A stretch of DNA of 64,000 nucleotides. Origin: Macrostomum hystrix. Taxonomy: Eukaryota > Animalia > Platyhelminthes. The notes under the pieces were generated by a model, which ran no database searches, was not told where the DNA came from, and saw only the letters and a list, made by a program, of their open reading frames with translations. The DNA lies in NCBI GenBank assembly GCA_950097015.1, contig CATNEN010000031.1, positions 992,001 through 1,056,000 on the forward strand. The letters run 5' to 3'. Positions 25,808 through 37,692 of this stretch are shown here, piece after piece; the stretch's first letter is position 1, and every line of letters starts with the position of its first letter. The position numbers and the translations under genes are program-made.

Positions 25808-26730
25808 ACGTCTATACTTCCAGTACCAGAACCAGTACCAGAACCAGTACCAGAAAAAAATTATGTTATAGCCAACAAAAAATCGACAAGCAACTAATAA
25901 AAATACTTCTAACAGATGAAATACTTATATATCGGTCCGAAAATATCATTATTAGAATAAAATTATCGACGGACTTGCGCACAACACACACAAAAATCGT
26001 TAACTTTCACAAAAAGTTTTTTAAAATATTTTTTTCATAGAAAAAAACAAATTTGCTCATCCAACTAAGTAAACGAATAGAAAAAGCGGTTTATTAAAAA
26101 TCGCAACTACTAAAATCACAACTCAAAACTCACCTTACTGAATGTGTTTGTATAATTTCTTATTTTTATGATCATCGTAAACTTCAGCAAACAAAACTAA
26201 AAATATAACCTCACATTTGCGCTTCGCAGGATTATTACTCGTACATCATATACAGCTGAGAGCAAAGATAAGGAAGGAAACATTATCTGTGAACACGGCT
26301 GTAAAATTTCAGAGCCCTGACTAGTCGCGTCTCGGAGTTGAAGACCCTCGAGTCCTCCCCACTCTGATATCTCCCATTTTAAAAGTACTTTGCGTCACCT
26401 CACTGAATCTGGTGGTCAGACGAGGCTGAAAACTCAGATCTGGAAGGAAACATTATCTGTGAACACGGCTGTAAAATTTCAGAGCCCTGACTAGTCGCGT
26501 CTCGGAGTTGAAGACCCTCGAGTCCCCCCACTCTGATATCTCCCATTTTAAAAGTACTTTTAAAAGTACTTTTAATTTTATTCGCAATAATGATATTTTC
26601 GGACCGATATATAAGTATTTCATCTGTTAGAAGTATTTTTATTAGTTGCTTGTCGATTTTTTGTTGGCTATAACATAAATTTTTTCTGGTACTGGTTCTG
26701 GTACTGGTTCTGGTACTGGAAGTATGACGT
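25808..26730. mobile_element. Non-autonomous inverted-repeat (MITE/foldback-like) element
   Basis: Arms 25808-25964 and 26574-26730 are near-perfect reverse complements, each with 12-bp subrepeats (CAGTACCAGAAC). There is an internal 120-bp direct duplication (26272-26391, 26442-26560). No coding capacity seen; TSD unresolved. Confidence 0.7.
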
Positions 26731-28565
26731 ATTAATTTCCCGATATGTAGGTATGGCCATGTAGGTTCCCCGACAGGCTTTTTCCGACAGACTTCACTTT
26801 AAGTAAAAATTAAAACAAAAAACACGAACTCTCGAGCCAGAGTGTAGCCCGACTCTGACGCCAAACTATGCTTTAAAATAATATGCGGGACGAATAGTTT
26901 AGATGAAATAAGAAGCTAATAAGAAGCTAATGGGTGCTGATCGATGAGCATGATTAACAATTTGCAATAATTTACTTAGAGTTTTTTTAGAAAGCTTCCG
27001 TTTTAGGATTAGCTAGGCTTGTTGGATTGCTTATAACGGAAAAATCGCTCTGCTGCAACACAACCGAGTCCTCTATTCCACTGGCCACAGTGCCAGACAA
27101 ATAACGTAAACTACCTGCACGTGATTTTGAGAGTGATATTGGAAGCAATGCTTTGGATTACTCGCGTATTTGTAACGCAGTACATGATACATCCGCAACT
27201 TAGCAACTTGGATCTCACCGAGTACTCAAGCCAACTCGAGGCATCTATAGTGACGCTAGTTGATCATAAGTTACAACAGTGCCATGCCCGCCGGTAGACC
27301 CATGGGTACTCGTCCAGGTACTCGTACTCGTGGTACTCTAATTTCTGCAAGCTGACCGTGAACGTGGATATAAACAGCACGTTTTGGCAGTATTGGTATG
27401 TGTCAGCCACAAAATGAAAACAACAGCAAAAATAAATAACCCTCTGTGCTATCTCCATGCAGTACTTTGACTCAGTGCTTTACCGATTACCTGTAGAAGA
27501 AATAGAGTAAGCAGGGCCTGAAAGTAGTGTGCTGACTAAGGCCCTCTAATGAATAATAAACTAAAATGGTTGCTCAAAAATGTAAACTAATTATAACGCG
27601 GTGAACACGACTAAACCTGCAGGCCGTATTGTAACTCTGATCCAAGTTTTTCAATGTAAATTCAACGCGCATTCAACAAAAAACGAAGACTTCGCGTTGT
27701 TTATCTTGGATCGTGTATACTCGACTTAATTGACTGATGGCACCGTCCGCTAGCCCCTGGCGACCAACGGGGCACATGCAGGGAATCCTGTGTTCCCGAC
27801 GTCCGCACAGGTGGAGTGAAGCTCGACCGGTGACCCTCAGATAGCGTCTGAGCTGGCAACGTGACAGATATTCTCAGGCCAGAAAACATTGGAAAGGCCG
27901 GAGTTTGGAATGGGGCCGGGTTACGATTGTGTTATTGGAAGTTCTTGACACTTTTTGTGAATGACAAACATTTATGAAAAAATCCATTTCTTGGCAGGTC
28001 AAGAACGGACCAATGTGAGCTCGAAAACCCCACAGTGCAAAAGTCCAGCTACTGAGCGAACTCAAAAACAAAACGATGTAAAAAACCTGCAACTAGTGTG
28101 AGCTGTATGCCAACATGCCAACACTATATGGCTATTTACCAGCACTGATTCCAGCTTATGAAAACTTTAAATAACATGGATTTGTGCGAAAATCTAGTTT
28201 CGCAACACATTAAATAGCTCGTAACCTGATTTAGAAACGCATCAAAGAAAGAGTGCCAATCAAACTGAAACGGCTTTCTGTTGACTCAGCCAAGTTGTGA
28301 AAGATTGACAATTTTTCTTATCTGTTTACAGCTAGTCACTTTGCTAACCAGTTGGCCGCCACAACAGCAAGCCTGCCAATCTGCTTAACCAGAATAGTTG
28401 TCGCAATTGCATTTTCCACTACAAGGTTCCTGGCCGACATTCTTCACAGAAAACCAGATAAAAAATCTGGGTCGTTGGATGTTGTCAATCTGGTTTGCGC
28501 CAGTCTACTCACGGCTCCACGCGGCGACAGCATAAATAGATCGCCGGGCAGTTCCAATATGCAGC

Positions 28566-30617
28566 ATGGCTGAAGACCAAGGAACCATGGAGGAGAAACC
28601 TGACCACATGAACTCAGCAGCTGACGATGCGCGGAATCTGATGGTGACGGACGGGCCGGACGACAGCCGAGCCCTGGAGGTGGTGCCGGTGAAGGGCGAG
28701 GAGGTGCTGCCGCTGCCGCTAGACCGAGGCTACGCCTGGGTGGTGACTGTGGCCTGCATGATGAACAGCTTCATCGTAGACGGCATCGCCAACTCGTTTG
28801 GCTCATTGATGGCAGAATTCTGCGAGTACTTCAACGCGGACAAGGCATCTGTAACGCTGATCGGATCGCTACTGTGCGGCGTATATCAAATGTTCGGACC
28901 TGTTGCTGGCGCCCTGGTGAACAAGTTCGGCTGTCGGCCCATCTGCATCGCTGGCGCGTTGGTCGCATCGGTGGCGTTCGTGCTCAGCAGCTTCGCGCCC
29001 AGCCTGTTCGCCCTCACCATCTGCTACGGCGTCCTCGGAGGCATCGGATTCGGCCTGATCTACCTGCCTTCCATGGTGTGCGTGAACTTCTACTTCGAGA
29101 AGTACCGCGCCCTGGCCATGGGTATTACGGTCTGTGGCACGGGAATCGGCACCATGGTGATGGGACCGCTGACACGAGCCCTCACTGAGACTCTGGGCTG
29201 GAGGAACTGCCTGCTCATCCTGGCCGGGATAGTGCTCAACTCAGCCGTGTTCGGCGCCCTCATGAAGCCGAACGACCCTCAGCCGGCGAGTGAAGAGCGA
29301 CGACGTCGCTCTTCACGAATCGAAAGAGGCCGCAGGCCTGGAGACTCGGACGAGGCCGCCGCTTGTCGGGAACTGTTCGCCTCGAATGTGAGCGTCAGCA
29401 AGCTGCGATCCATCAAGACCGGAAGAAAAGAACTGCGCTCACTCCCCTCTCTGGTGGATCACAGAGTGAAATCCTCAGCAAACCGCTGTCGGGTGACGAA
29501 AGCCGCGCGCGCTCGCCTATTCGACGTTAAGGCCGTGCGCGACGACCCCATAGCGACAGCTGCTCTGGAGGATCTAAAGAGGCCTCTGTACCGCAAGGAC
29601 ATCTTCTACGCTGGCTCGGTGGCCAGCTTGGTGAGTGCTAGGATCAGAAAAAGGTCCACTGTGACCCCCAGCCAGCTGTTTCTGTCCATGACGCGAATCC
29701 CTGGTGAAGCTCCACACCAACGCTCAAGGAAGCCATCGGCTGAATCCATAGAGAAACCTGACGATAACGAGTCAGAGGACGGCAGTTCCTGCTTGCCGAA
29801 ACCAATCCGTGACGCCTTCCTGCTCATGACTGATGTGTCACTGATGAAGGACCATGGCTTCCTAGTAGCCTGGTTCGCCAACTTAGTTTCCATGCTGTCA
29901 TTCTACATTCCTCTGTTCTTCGTCAGCGACTTCGCCCGAGAGGCAGGAGTGTCCGACGGCGAGTCCAAGTACCTGAACACGGCGTTCGGCAGCGCCAACA
30001 CGCTCAGCCGCATCCTGGTGGGCTGGTCGGCGGGGAATCCGAAAGTGTCGCCCCTCCTCGTCAACAATGTCTCGCTGCTACTCAGCGCCATCCTGGTCCT
30101 GCTGCTCAACTACTCGACAAGCTTCCCGGTGCTGACCGCCACCTACACCGCTCTGGGCGTCACCCTGGCTCCCTTCATCACCCTCACCTCGGAGATTCTG
30201 TGCCGCCTGGTGGGCTTGGACAACTTGACCAGCGCCTTCGGCCTCATCACACTGGCCAGGGGGATCAGCACCTGCGCCGGCTCGCCGCTCGCAGCCTCCC
30301 TGTACAGCCCCAGCACCAGGTACCTGCTGCCGTTCGCCGTTGGCGGCGGTCTCTTCGCCCTGAGCTCCGCCATCTTCAGCGCGCTGTTCCTGCCGCACTT
30401 CAGCAGGCGCCAGGAGACCAACGAGACCGAGCTGCAGGAGACGATTTTCAGCGCGCAGAACCTGCACGCCAGCTTCCTGCTGGTTGAGGGCACCCAGCTG
30501 GTGACCAGCAACACCGTCAACCTGGGCCTCATCGCCGGCGAGCCAAAAAAAGTTGCGATGACGATGCGGCCTGAGCCGGAAACGGACGAGACGGGCTTCT
30601 TCGAGGCCACTGTGTAA
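28566..30617 (+). CDS. SLC16A: Monocarboxylate transporter family (SLC16/MCT, MFS), intronless, 683 aa
   Basis: PLDRGYAWVV (the PPDGGWGW motif), GPVAGALVNKFGCR, YFEKYRALAMGI, 6+6 TM helices with a large central loop, SRILVGW in TM8. Confidence 0.95.
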   Translation: MAEDQGTMEEKPDHMNSAADDARNLMVTDGPDDSRALEVVPVKGEEVLPLPLDRGYAWVVTVACMMNSFIVDGIANSFGSLMAEFCEYFNADKASVTLIGSLLCGVYQMFGPVAGALVNKFGCRPICIAGALVASVAFVLSSFAPSLFALTICYGVLGGIGFGLIYLPSMVCVNFYFEKYRALAMGITVCGTGIGTMVMGPLTRALTETLGWRNCLLILAGIVLNSAVFGALMKPNDPQPASEERRRRSSRIERGRRPGDSDEAAACRELFASNVSVSKLRSIKTGRKELRSLPSLVDHRVKSSANRCRVTKAARARLFDVKAVRDDPIATAALEDLKRPLYRKDIFYAGSVASLVSARIRKRSTVTPSQLFLSMTRIPGEAPHQRSRKPSAESIEKPDDNESEDGSSCLPKPIRDAFLLMTDVSLMKDHGFLVAWFANLVSMLSFYIPLFFVSDFAREAGVSDGESKYLNTAFGSANTLSRILVGWSAGNPKVSPLLVNNVSLLLSAILVLLLNYSTSFPVLTATYTALGVTLAPFITLTSEILCRLVGLDNLTSAFGLITLARGISTCAGSPLAASLYSPSTRYLLPFAVGGGLFALSSAIFSALFLPHFSRRQETNETELQETIFSAQNLHASFLLVEGTQLVTSNTVNLGLIAGEPKKVAMTMRPEPETDETGFFEATV

Positions 30618-31288
30618 TGCCTCTCATGTTACTGAAGATACTTTAACAATGCACATAATTTTCTGCAAGCAGCTATTAACAAGCGCCTTAAAGGTTACTG
30701 TACCGCCAAATGCAATACAATGCAATGATTCTGAGTTCCATTCTGACACTCAGGGGCTTTTCATACGGCATGCATAAGGCCAACACAGTGGGCTTTTTAA
30801 TTAAAAAGGGTTACAAAAAGGCCGCTAATTGACTCTTTCTAAAAGCACTTTCTGAATTAAATGAGCGACTTCATTACTCTTAATTAAAAAACTCCTTCAC
30901 TTGAGCTTGACTTGAAATTTCTTAAAGAATAACTGTAATTAAACATAACCCAAACCTGACATTCCTCCACAGAACCTGCAAGATCTGTACTGAGGTGTAG
31001 ATGCCTCTGTTCATTCTATGCTTTCTTATAATATCATTACCTTCTGGCTTCGACAATTGAACAACCTATTCAGTTCAGTTCAGAAGGTATCATATCAAAC
31101 TGCAGGTGAAACATGGATGAAAAGAGCCAAGTGAGTGAGACAAAAATGCCGAAGGACAAATTAGTTTTCTGAGTTGCGTTGTGCCCAGAGACACTGTGCT
31201 ATATTTGCGTGCTGTAGCGAGTCACATGTGAGAGTTGGGCAAACGACAGCTCATTAGAGAAATAAGACAGTCAGGAGCGGTGAGCAGT

Positions 31289-31957
31289 TCAACTGTCGGG
31301 GGTCGGCACACCGTGGGTGTTGTGGGACTGGGGCTTCTTGCCCTCTCCGCGCTTCGGCTTGTAGAACTTGGCGCTGGCGCACAGCTCGGGCAGCTCGAAG
31401 TACTTGTCCTTGGGGTCGTGGAAGCCGAAGAAGAACAGGATGCCTCCGGAGCACTTTCCGTTCTTGGTGTACTTCTTCTTGATGAGGATCGGCACGCACC
31501 TGTCATCGATGACGCCGCCCAGCTTGATGGACAGGTCGCCCTTGGTCTTGCGTCCGCAGTGCACGCTGATGGGCACCTTGCGGTGGGTGACGGTGGAGCG
31601 AGCCACCACGCGGTGGTTCGGCCACAGCTTCGGGCACAGGGTGAGGAAGTGCTTGGCGTGGCTCACGGGGATCTTCACGCACTGGGCGTTGGCGGCGCTG
31701 GTGCCCCAGGCGTAGTAGCCGACTCCCTGCTCAAAGTCGAACAGGGTGTAGTGGTGTCCGGAGTAGTTCTTGGACTGGACCTTGAAGTAGGCGGCCACCT
31801 TCTTCTTCTCCTTGGATCCGGCAATGCCTCCCAGCAGCTTGAGGTAGGTGCCGTTGTGGTAGCCCAGACCGGCCACTCCGATGGCGCCCTCACGGGGCGG
31901 GTTCTCGCAGGCCAGCGCGGTGGCCAACAGGGCGGAGATCAGCAGCAGCAGCTTCAT
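31289..31957 (-). CDS. Secreted, basic 222-aa protein, probably ependymin-related (copy 1)
   Basis: Signal peptide MKLLLLISALLATALA; strong C/G third-position bias. Cys/motif pattern (C..P, FDF..GVGYY..QCVK, LC, RCVPI, FHDP..YFELPELC) resembles ependymin-related proteins. The family call is from pattern recall only. Confidence 0.8.
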   Translation of the reverse strand: MKLLLLISALLATALACENPPREGAIGVAGLGYHNGTYLKLLGGIAGSKEKKKVAAYFKVQSKNYSGHHYTLFDFEQGVGYYAWGTSAANAQCVKIPVSHAKHFLTLCPKLWPNHRVVARSTVTHRKVPISVHCGRKTKGDLSIKLGGVIDDRCVPILIKKKYTKNGKCSGGILFFFGFHDPKDKYFELPELCASAKFYKPKRGEGKKPQSHNTHGVPTPDS

Positions 31958-32419
31958 CTTCTGGCAGGTTCGCTTTCTCGCTGTTCTTTCTGTAGCAGAC
32001 TGAGAGCTGTGAGTTCACTTGGTGGTTGGCTCCTCCGACTGTCCGCTTTTATGCACCTGGCCTGTTTGACCAACTGCTCCGAGACACACCAACTGCCCAA
32101 CATTCGCTGTCCAGTTTTGTTTCCATGTGCCACCTGAGCAAACTGCCAGCTCAGCAGATCTCAGTCGCTACATAGCGACAGTTTAGAACGTTTCTGGATT
32201 TCAACTTGGCAAGGGTTTGTTTTAAAACAGTTTAATGTCCACATATTTTATCGCTGTCGACTTTTTAAGTCTACTTAGTCAGTAAATCGATCAATGGAAA
32301 AAGTTTCTGCCAGCGTTGAACCAGCATTATACGCTAGTACCTGAAAATGTGACAAAAAATTTTTACTAACAGCTAATATTTCAATGTTTAATCTTTCATA
32401 TTGTACATTATTGCATCTT

Positions 32420-34660
32420 ACTGATCAAAATATATGTTTTATGACGGATCAAGCTGATCTTTTGTGCCGGATTAACCAGATGTTTTGATGACTGATCAAA
32501 ATATATGTTTTGATGACTGATCAAAATATATGTTTTGATGACTGATCAAAATATATGTTTTGATGACTGATCAAGGTGATGTTTTAATGACTGATCAAGG
32601 TGATGTTTTGATGACTGATCAAGGTGATGTTTTGATGACTGATCAAGGTGATGTTTTGATGACTGATCAAGGTGATGTTTTGATGACTGATCAAGGTGAT
32701 GTTTTGATGACTGATCAAGGTGATGTTTTGATGACTGATCAAGGCAATGTTTTGATGACTGATCAAGCTGATCTTTTGATGACTGATCAAGGCAATGTTT
32801 TGATGACTGATCAAGGCAATGTTTTGATGACTGATCAAGGCAATGTTTTGATGACTGATCTAGGCAATGTTTTGATGACTGATCAAGGCAATGTTTTGAT
32901 GACTGATCTAGGCAATGTTTTGATGACTGATCAAGGCAATGTTTTGATGACTGATCAAGGCAATGTTTTGATGACTGATCAAGGCAATGTTTTGATGACT
33001 GATCAAGGCAATGTTTTGATGACTGATCTAGGCAATGTTTTGATGACTGATCAAGGTGATGTTTGATGACTGATCAAGGCAATGTTTTGATGACTGATCA
33101 AGGTGATGTTTTGATGACTGATCAAGGTGATGTTTTGATGACTGATCTAGGCAATGTTTTGATGACTGATCAAGGCAATGTTTTGATGACTGATCTAGGC
33201 AATGTTTTGATGACTGATCAAGGTGATGTTTTGATGACTGATCAAGGCAATGTTTTGATGACTGATCAAGGCAATGTTTTGATGACTGATCAAGGTGATG
33301 TTTTGATGACTGATCAAGGTGATGTTTTGATGACTGATCAAGGTGATGTTTTGATGACTGATCAAGCTGATCTTTTGATGACTGATCAAGGCAATGTTTT
33401 GATGACTGATCAAGGCAATGTTTTGATGACTGATCAAGGCAATGTTTTGATGACTGATCAAGGCAATGTTTTGATGACTGATCAAGGTGATGTTTTGATG
33501 ACTGATCAAGGTGATGTTTTGATGACTGATCAAGGTGATGTTTTGATGACTGATCAAGGTGATGTTTTGATGACTGATCAAGGTGATGTTTTGATGACTG
33601 ATCAAGCTGATCTTTTGATGACTGATCAAGGCAATGTTTTGATGACTGATCAAGGCAATGTTTTGATGACTGATCTAGGCAATGTTTTGATGACTGATCA
33701 AGGCAATGTTTTGATGACTGATCTAGGCAATGTTTTGATGACTGATCAAGGCAATGTTTTGATGACTGATCTAGGCAATGTTTTGATGACTGATCAAGGT
33801 GATGTTTTGATGACTGATCAAGGCAATGTTTTGATGACTGATCAAGGTGATGTTTTGATGACTGATCAAGGCAATGTTTTGATGACTGATCAAGGTGATG
33901 TTTTGATGACTGATCAAGGTGATGTTTTGATGACTGATCAAGGTGATGTTTTGATGACTGATCAAGGTGATGTTTTGATGACTGATCAAGGTGATGTTTT
34001 GATGACTGATCAAGCTGATGTTTTGATGACTGATCAAGGTGATGTTTTGATGACTGATCAAGCTGATCTTTTGATGACTGATCAAGGCAATGTTTTGATG
34101 ACTGATCAAGGCAATGTTTTGATGACTGATCTAGGCAATGTTTTGATGACTGATCAAGGCAATGTTTTGATGACTGATCTAGGCAATGTTTTGATGACTG
34201 ATCAAGGTGATGTTTTGATGACTGATCAAGGCAATGTTTTGATGACTGATCAAGGCAATGTTTTGATGACTGATCAAGGTGATGTTTTGATGACTGATCA
34301 AGGTGATGTTTTGATGACTGATCAAGGTGATGTTTTGATGACTGATCAAGCTGATCTTTTGATGACTGATCAAGGCAATGTTTTGATGACTGATCAAGGC
34401 AATGTTTTGATGACTGATCAAGGCAATGTTTTGATGACTGATCAAGGCAATGTTTTGATGACTGATCTAGGCAATGTTTTGATGACTGATCAAGGCAATG
34501 TTTTGATGACTGATCAAGGCAATGTTTTGATGACTGATCAAGGCAATGTTTTGATGACTGATCAAGGCAATGTTTTGATGACTGATCTAGGCAATGTTTT
34601 GATGACTGATCAAGGCAATGTTTTGATGACTGATCTAGGCAATGTTTTGATGACTGAGCA
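32420..34660. repeat. 24-bp minisatellite ATGACTGATCAAGG(C/T)(A/G)ATGTTTTG
   Basis: About 90 copies in the palindrome spacer; source of the MTDQG pseudo-ORFs. Confidence 0.97.
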
Positions 34661-35206
34661 ACCCTGTGTTATCTAATCATTGAAACCATACTGGAATATG
34701 TTATGTGTGAAAAAGCAGTCATGAGATTTTTTGACCTATGTGAGCTCAAAGACTTAAGATGTGATGTGCTGAACTTATTCATGAAGGCATGCATAGAATG
34801 TGCTCAAATGCATTTTTTTCACGAAGACAAATCTAAAATCGCTGTGAAACTCTGAACCAATGCAAATAATAAACTCTACTGGTCAGCAGTTTTCCAATTC
34901 TGAAAAGTCAATGCAAAAGGACGCACTGCTTTAATAATCGATATCGGTGGTTTGCGTAAAGACACAAAGTTTTTCTTTTTGCGCTGGGAAAAGTGGAACA
35001 CAAAACTGACATTTTTTACATCAACAAAGTAATCGAACGTTTTCCCCACTTTCAATTCATGCATTTTAGCCGACTATAGATAGCCATGTTGCGACTGAGA
35101 TCTGCTGAGCTGGTAGTTTGCTCAGGTGGCACATGGAAACAAAACTGGACAGCGAATGTTGGGCAGTTGGTGTGTCTCGGAGCAGTTGGTCAAACAGGCC
35201 AGGTGC

Positions 35207-35214
35207 ATAAAAGC
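35207..35214 (+). promoter_or_regulatory. Candidate TATA-like box (ATAAAAG) upstream of copy 2, mirrored for copy 1
   Basis: GCATAAAAGCGG lies ~95 bp upstream of the ATG at 35302. Position only; no functional evidence. Confidence 0.3.
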
Positions 35215-35301
35215 GGACAGTCGGAGGAGCCAACCACCAAGTGAACTCACAGCTCTCAGTCTGCTACAGAAAGAACAGCGAGAAAGCGAACCTGCCAGAA
35301 G

Positions 35302-35970
35302 ATGAAGCTGCTGCTGCTGATCTCCGCCCTGTTGGCCACCGCGCTGGCCTGCGAGAACCCGCCCCGTGAGGGCGCCATCGGAGTGGCCGGTCTGGGCTAC
35401 CACAACGGCACCTACCTCAAACTGCTGGGAGGCATTGCCGGATCCAAGGAGAAGAAGAAGGTGGCCGCCTACTTCAAGGTCCAGTCCAAGAACTACTCCG
35501 GACACCACTACACCCTGTTCGACTTTGAGCAGGGAGTCGGCTATTATGCCTGGGGCACCAGCGCCGCCAACGCCCAGTGCGTGAAGATCCCCGTGAGCCA
35601 CGCCAAGCACTTCCTCACCCTGTGCCCGAAGCTGTGGCCGAACCACCGCGTGGTGGCTCGCTCCACCGTCACCCACCGCAAGGTGCCCATCAGCGTGCAC
35701 TGCGGACGCAAGACCAAGGGCGACCTGTCCATCAAGCTGGGCGGCGTCATCGATGACAGGTGCGTGCCGATCCTCATCAAGAAGAAGTACACCAAGAACG
35801 GAAAGTGCTCCGGAGGCATCCTGTTCTTCTTCGGCTTCCACGACCCCAAGGACAAGTACTTCGAGCTGCCCGAGCTGTGCGCCAGCGCCAAGTTCTACAA
35901 GCCGAAGCGCGGAGAGGGCAAGAAGCCCCAGTCCCACAACACCCACGGTGTGCCGACCCCCGACAGTTGA
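35302..35970 (+). CDS. Secreted, basic 222-aa protein, probably ependymin-related (copy 2, identical protein)
   Basis: Same translation as 31289-31957; three synonymous differences (AAG/AAA, TACTAC/TATTAT). Confidence 0.8.
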   Translation: MKLLLLISALLATALACENPPREGAIGVAGLGYHNGTYLKLLGGIAGSKEKKKVAAYFKVQSKNYSGHHYTLFDFEQGVGYYAWGTSAANAQCVKIPVSHAKHFLTLCPKLWPNHRVVARSTVTHRKVPISVHCGRKTKGDLSIKLGGVIDDRCVPILIKKKYTKNGKCSGGILFFFGFHDPKDKYFELPELCASAKFYKPKRGEGKKPQSHNTHGVPTPDS

Positions 35971-36829
35971 ACTGCTCACCGCTCCTGACTGTCTTATTTC
36001 TCTAATGAGCTGTCGTTTGCCCAACTCTCACATGTGACTCGCTACAGCACGCAAATATAGCACAGTGTCTGTGGGCACAACGCAACTCAGAAAACTAATT
36101 TGTCCTTCGGCATTTTTGTCTCACTCACTTGGCTCTTTTCATCCATGTTTCACCTGCAGTTTGATATGATACCTTCTGAACTGAACTGAATAGGTTGTTC
36201 AATTGTCGAAGCCAGAAGGTAATGATATTATAAGAAAGCATAGAATTGGGAGTTGGTGGCTGTCGGAAAGAAAGCTGCACTTGAAATGTCAATTTTCAGT
36301 TGTTGGTTTATTGCATTCAGATCAGCAAACAGTAGCTGGTACTATTAATGCTTATAGCGTTCTATTTATAAGCGCATAGGAATGAACAATGGACTCTTAT
36401 CTCTAAGAGATATAGAATTAGTTCATATATGGGCGGTGGTTACAATTAAAAGCGCGAGAGCAACGGATCTGGGCTTTCAGAGAATCATCAGGTAAGCATT
36501 GTTTAGTTTCCAAGCTTCCCCAGGCACAAGAGAGCCTCAGTAATTGCATTTGAGAGCAGATTAAACACTTAAAGTGCTGCCTGACGCTGCACTGCAAGCA
36601 GATCAAAACTGCTAGACGGAATAAAACGACGAAAAATGCTGCGCAATTTTTAATTCTGAGTTGAGAATCGGCGAAGTGAACGCGTTGTTTAATATGGAAA
36701 CACAATGAAGCAGAACGCCAAGCACTTTGTACATAGAATGCCAACAGTAAGACAGCTGCAGTGGTGGGGAGAACTTACCGATCCAGTCAAGGAGGTGCGG
36801 AAGGCTCAATAGCAACTTAGTGATAGTCA

Positions 36830-37450
36830 GTTGAACCAGCAGTGGTCCTCAATCAGAAGCGGTCTTTGAAGGACTAGGGGTTTTTGTATCAGAAGAGGTC
36901 CGTTGAAGGACCAGAGGTTCTTGAATCAGAAGTTGAATCAGAGGTTCTTGAATCAGAAGAGGTCCGTTGAAGGACCAGAGGTTCTTGAATCAAAAGAGGT
37001 CCGTTGAAGGACCAGAGGTTCTTGAATCAGAAGAGGTCCGTTGAAGGACTGGAGGTTCTTGAATCAGAAGAGGTCCGTTGAAGGACTGGAGGTTCTTGAA
37101 TCAGAAGAGGTCCGTTGAAGGACCAGAGGTTCTTGAATCAGAAGTGGTCCGTTGAAGGACCAGAGGTTCTTGAATCAGAAGAGGTCCGTTGAAGGACCAG
37201 AGGTTCTTGAATCAGAAGAGGTCCGTTGAAGGACCAGAGGTTCTTGAATCAGAAGAGGTCCGTTGAAGGACCAGAGGTTCTTGAATCAGAAGAGGTCCGT
37301 TGAAGGACCAGAGGTTCTTGAATCAGAAGAGGTCCGTTGAAGGACTGGAGGTTCTTGAATCAGAAGAGGTCCGTTGAAGGACTAGAGGTTCTTGAATCAG
37401 AAGAGGTCCGTTGAAGGACCAGAGGTTATTGAATCAGAAGTGGTTTTTTG
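36830..37450. repeat. 37-bp minisatellite GAATCAGAAGAGGTCCGTTGAAGGACCAGAGGTTCTT
   Basis: About 16 copies downstream of the plexin stop codon. Confidence 0.95.
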
Positions 37451-37692
37451 TTGGGCCAGGGTGTCTTGAATCCGAATGACCAGAATCTGCTGAACGACAA
37501 CACTAAAGAACAGTATTTGCAAAAACTTCCATACCTCCTAGCCACCAGTTAGTATGTTACAGTATGTTACAAGTGTTAATGTCGAATGCACGAATAATGA
37601 TCTATAAAAAATAATCATTTAGAAATATAATCAGCAAAGCAAAAACAAAAACAGCAGTTGCGAGTTAAACTTCAAGCTGCTAAAAGTCTAAT

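Larger units (their letters stand above)
31013..36246. repeat. Large inverted duplication (arms ~31013-32175 and ~35085-36246)
   Basis: The arms are reverse complements of ~1.16 kb with only about 5 substitutions that I could find. The ~2.9-kb spacer contains the 24-bp array. Confidence 0.95.

Noticed and set aside
27264-27458. 64-aa ORF with EYHEYEYLDEY
   Set aside because: No recognisable domain or usable splice context; short internal repeats only.
3160-30617. Functional cluster of glycosyltransferase + choline transporter + MCT
   Set aside because: Different orientations, no shared regulatory signature seen, and adjacency alone is weak evidence in an animal genome.
31235-32137. 300-aa ORF antisense to the secreted protein (and its mirror at 35122-36024)
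   Set aside because: Shadow ORF caused by the C/G third-position bias of the real gene.
32560-34676. MTDQGNVL repeat proteins (168 and 537 aa)
   Set aside because: Translation of the 24-bp array; broken by a 1-nt deletion at ~33063, with no unique domain or signal.
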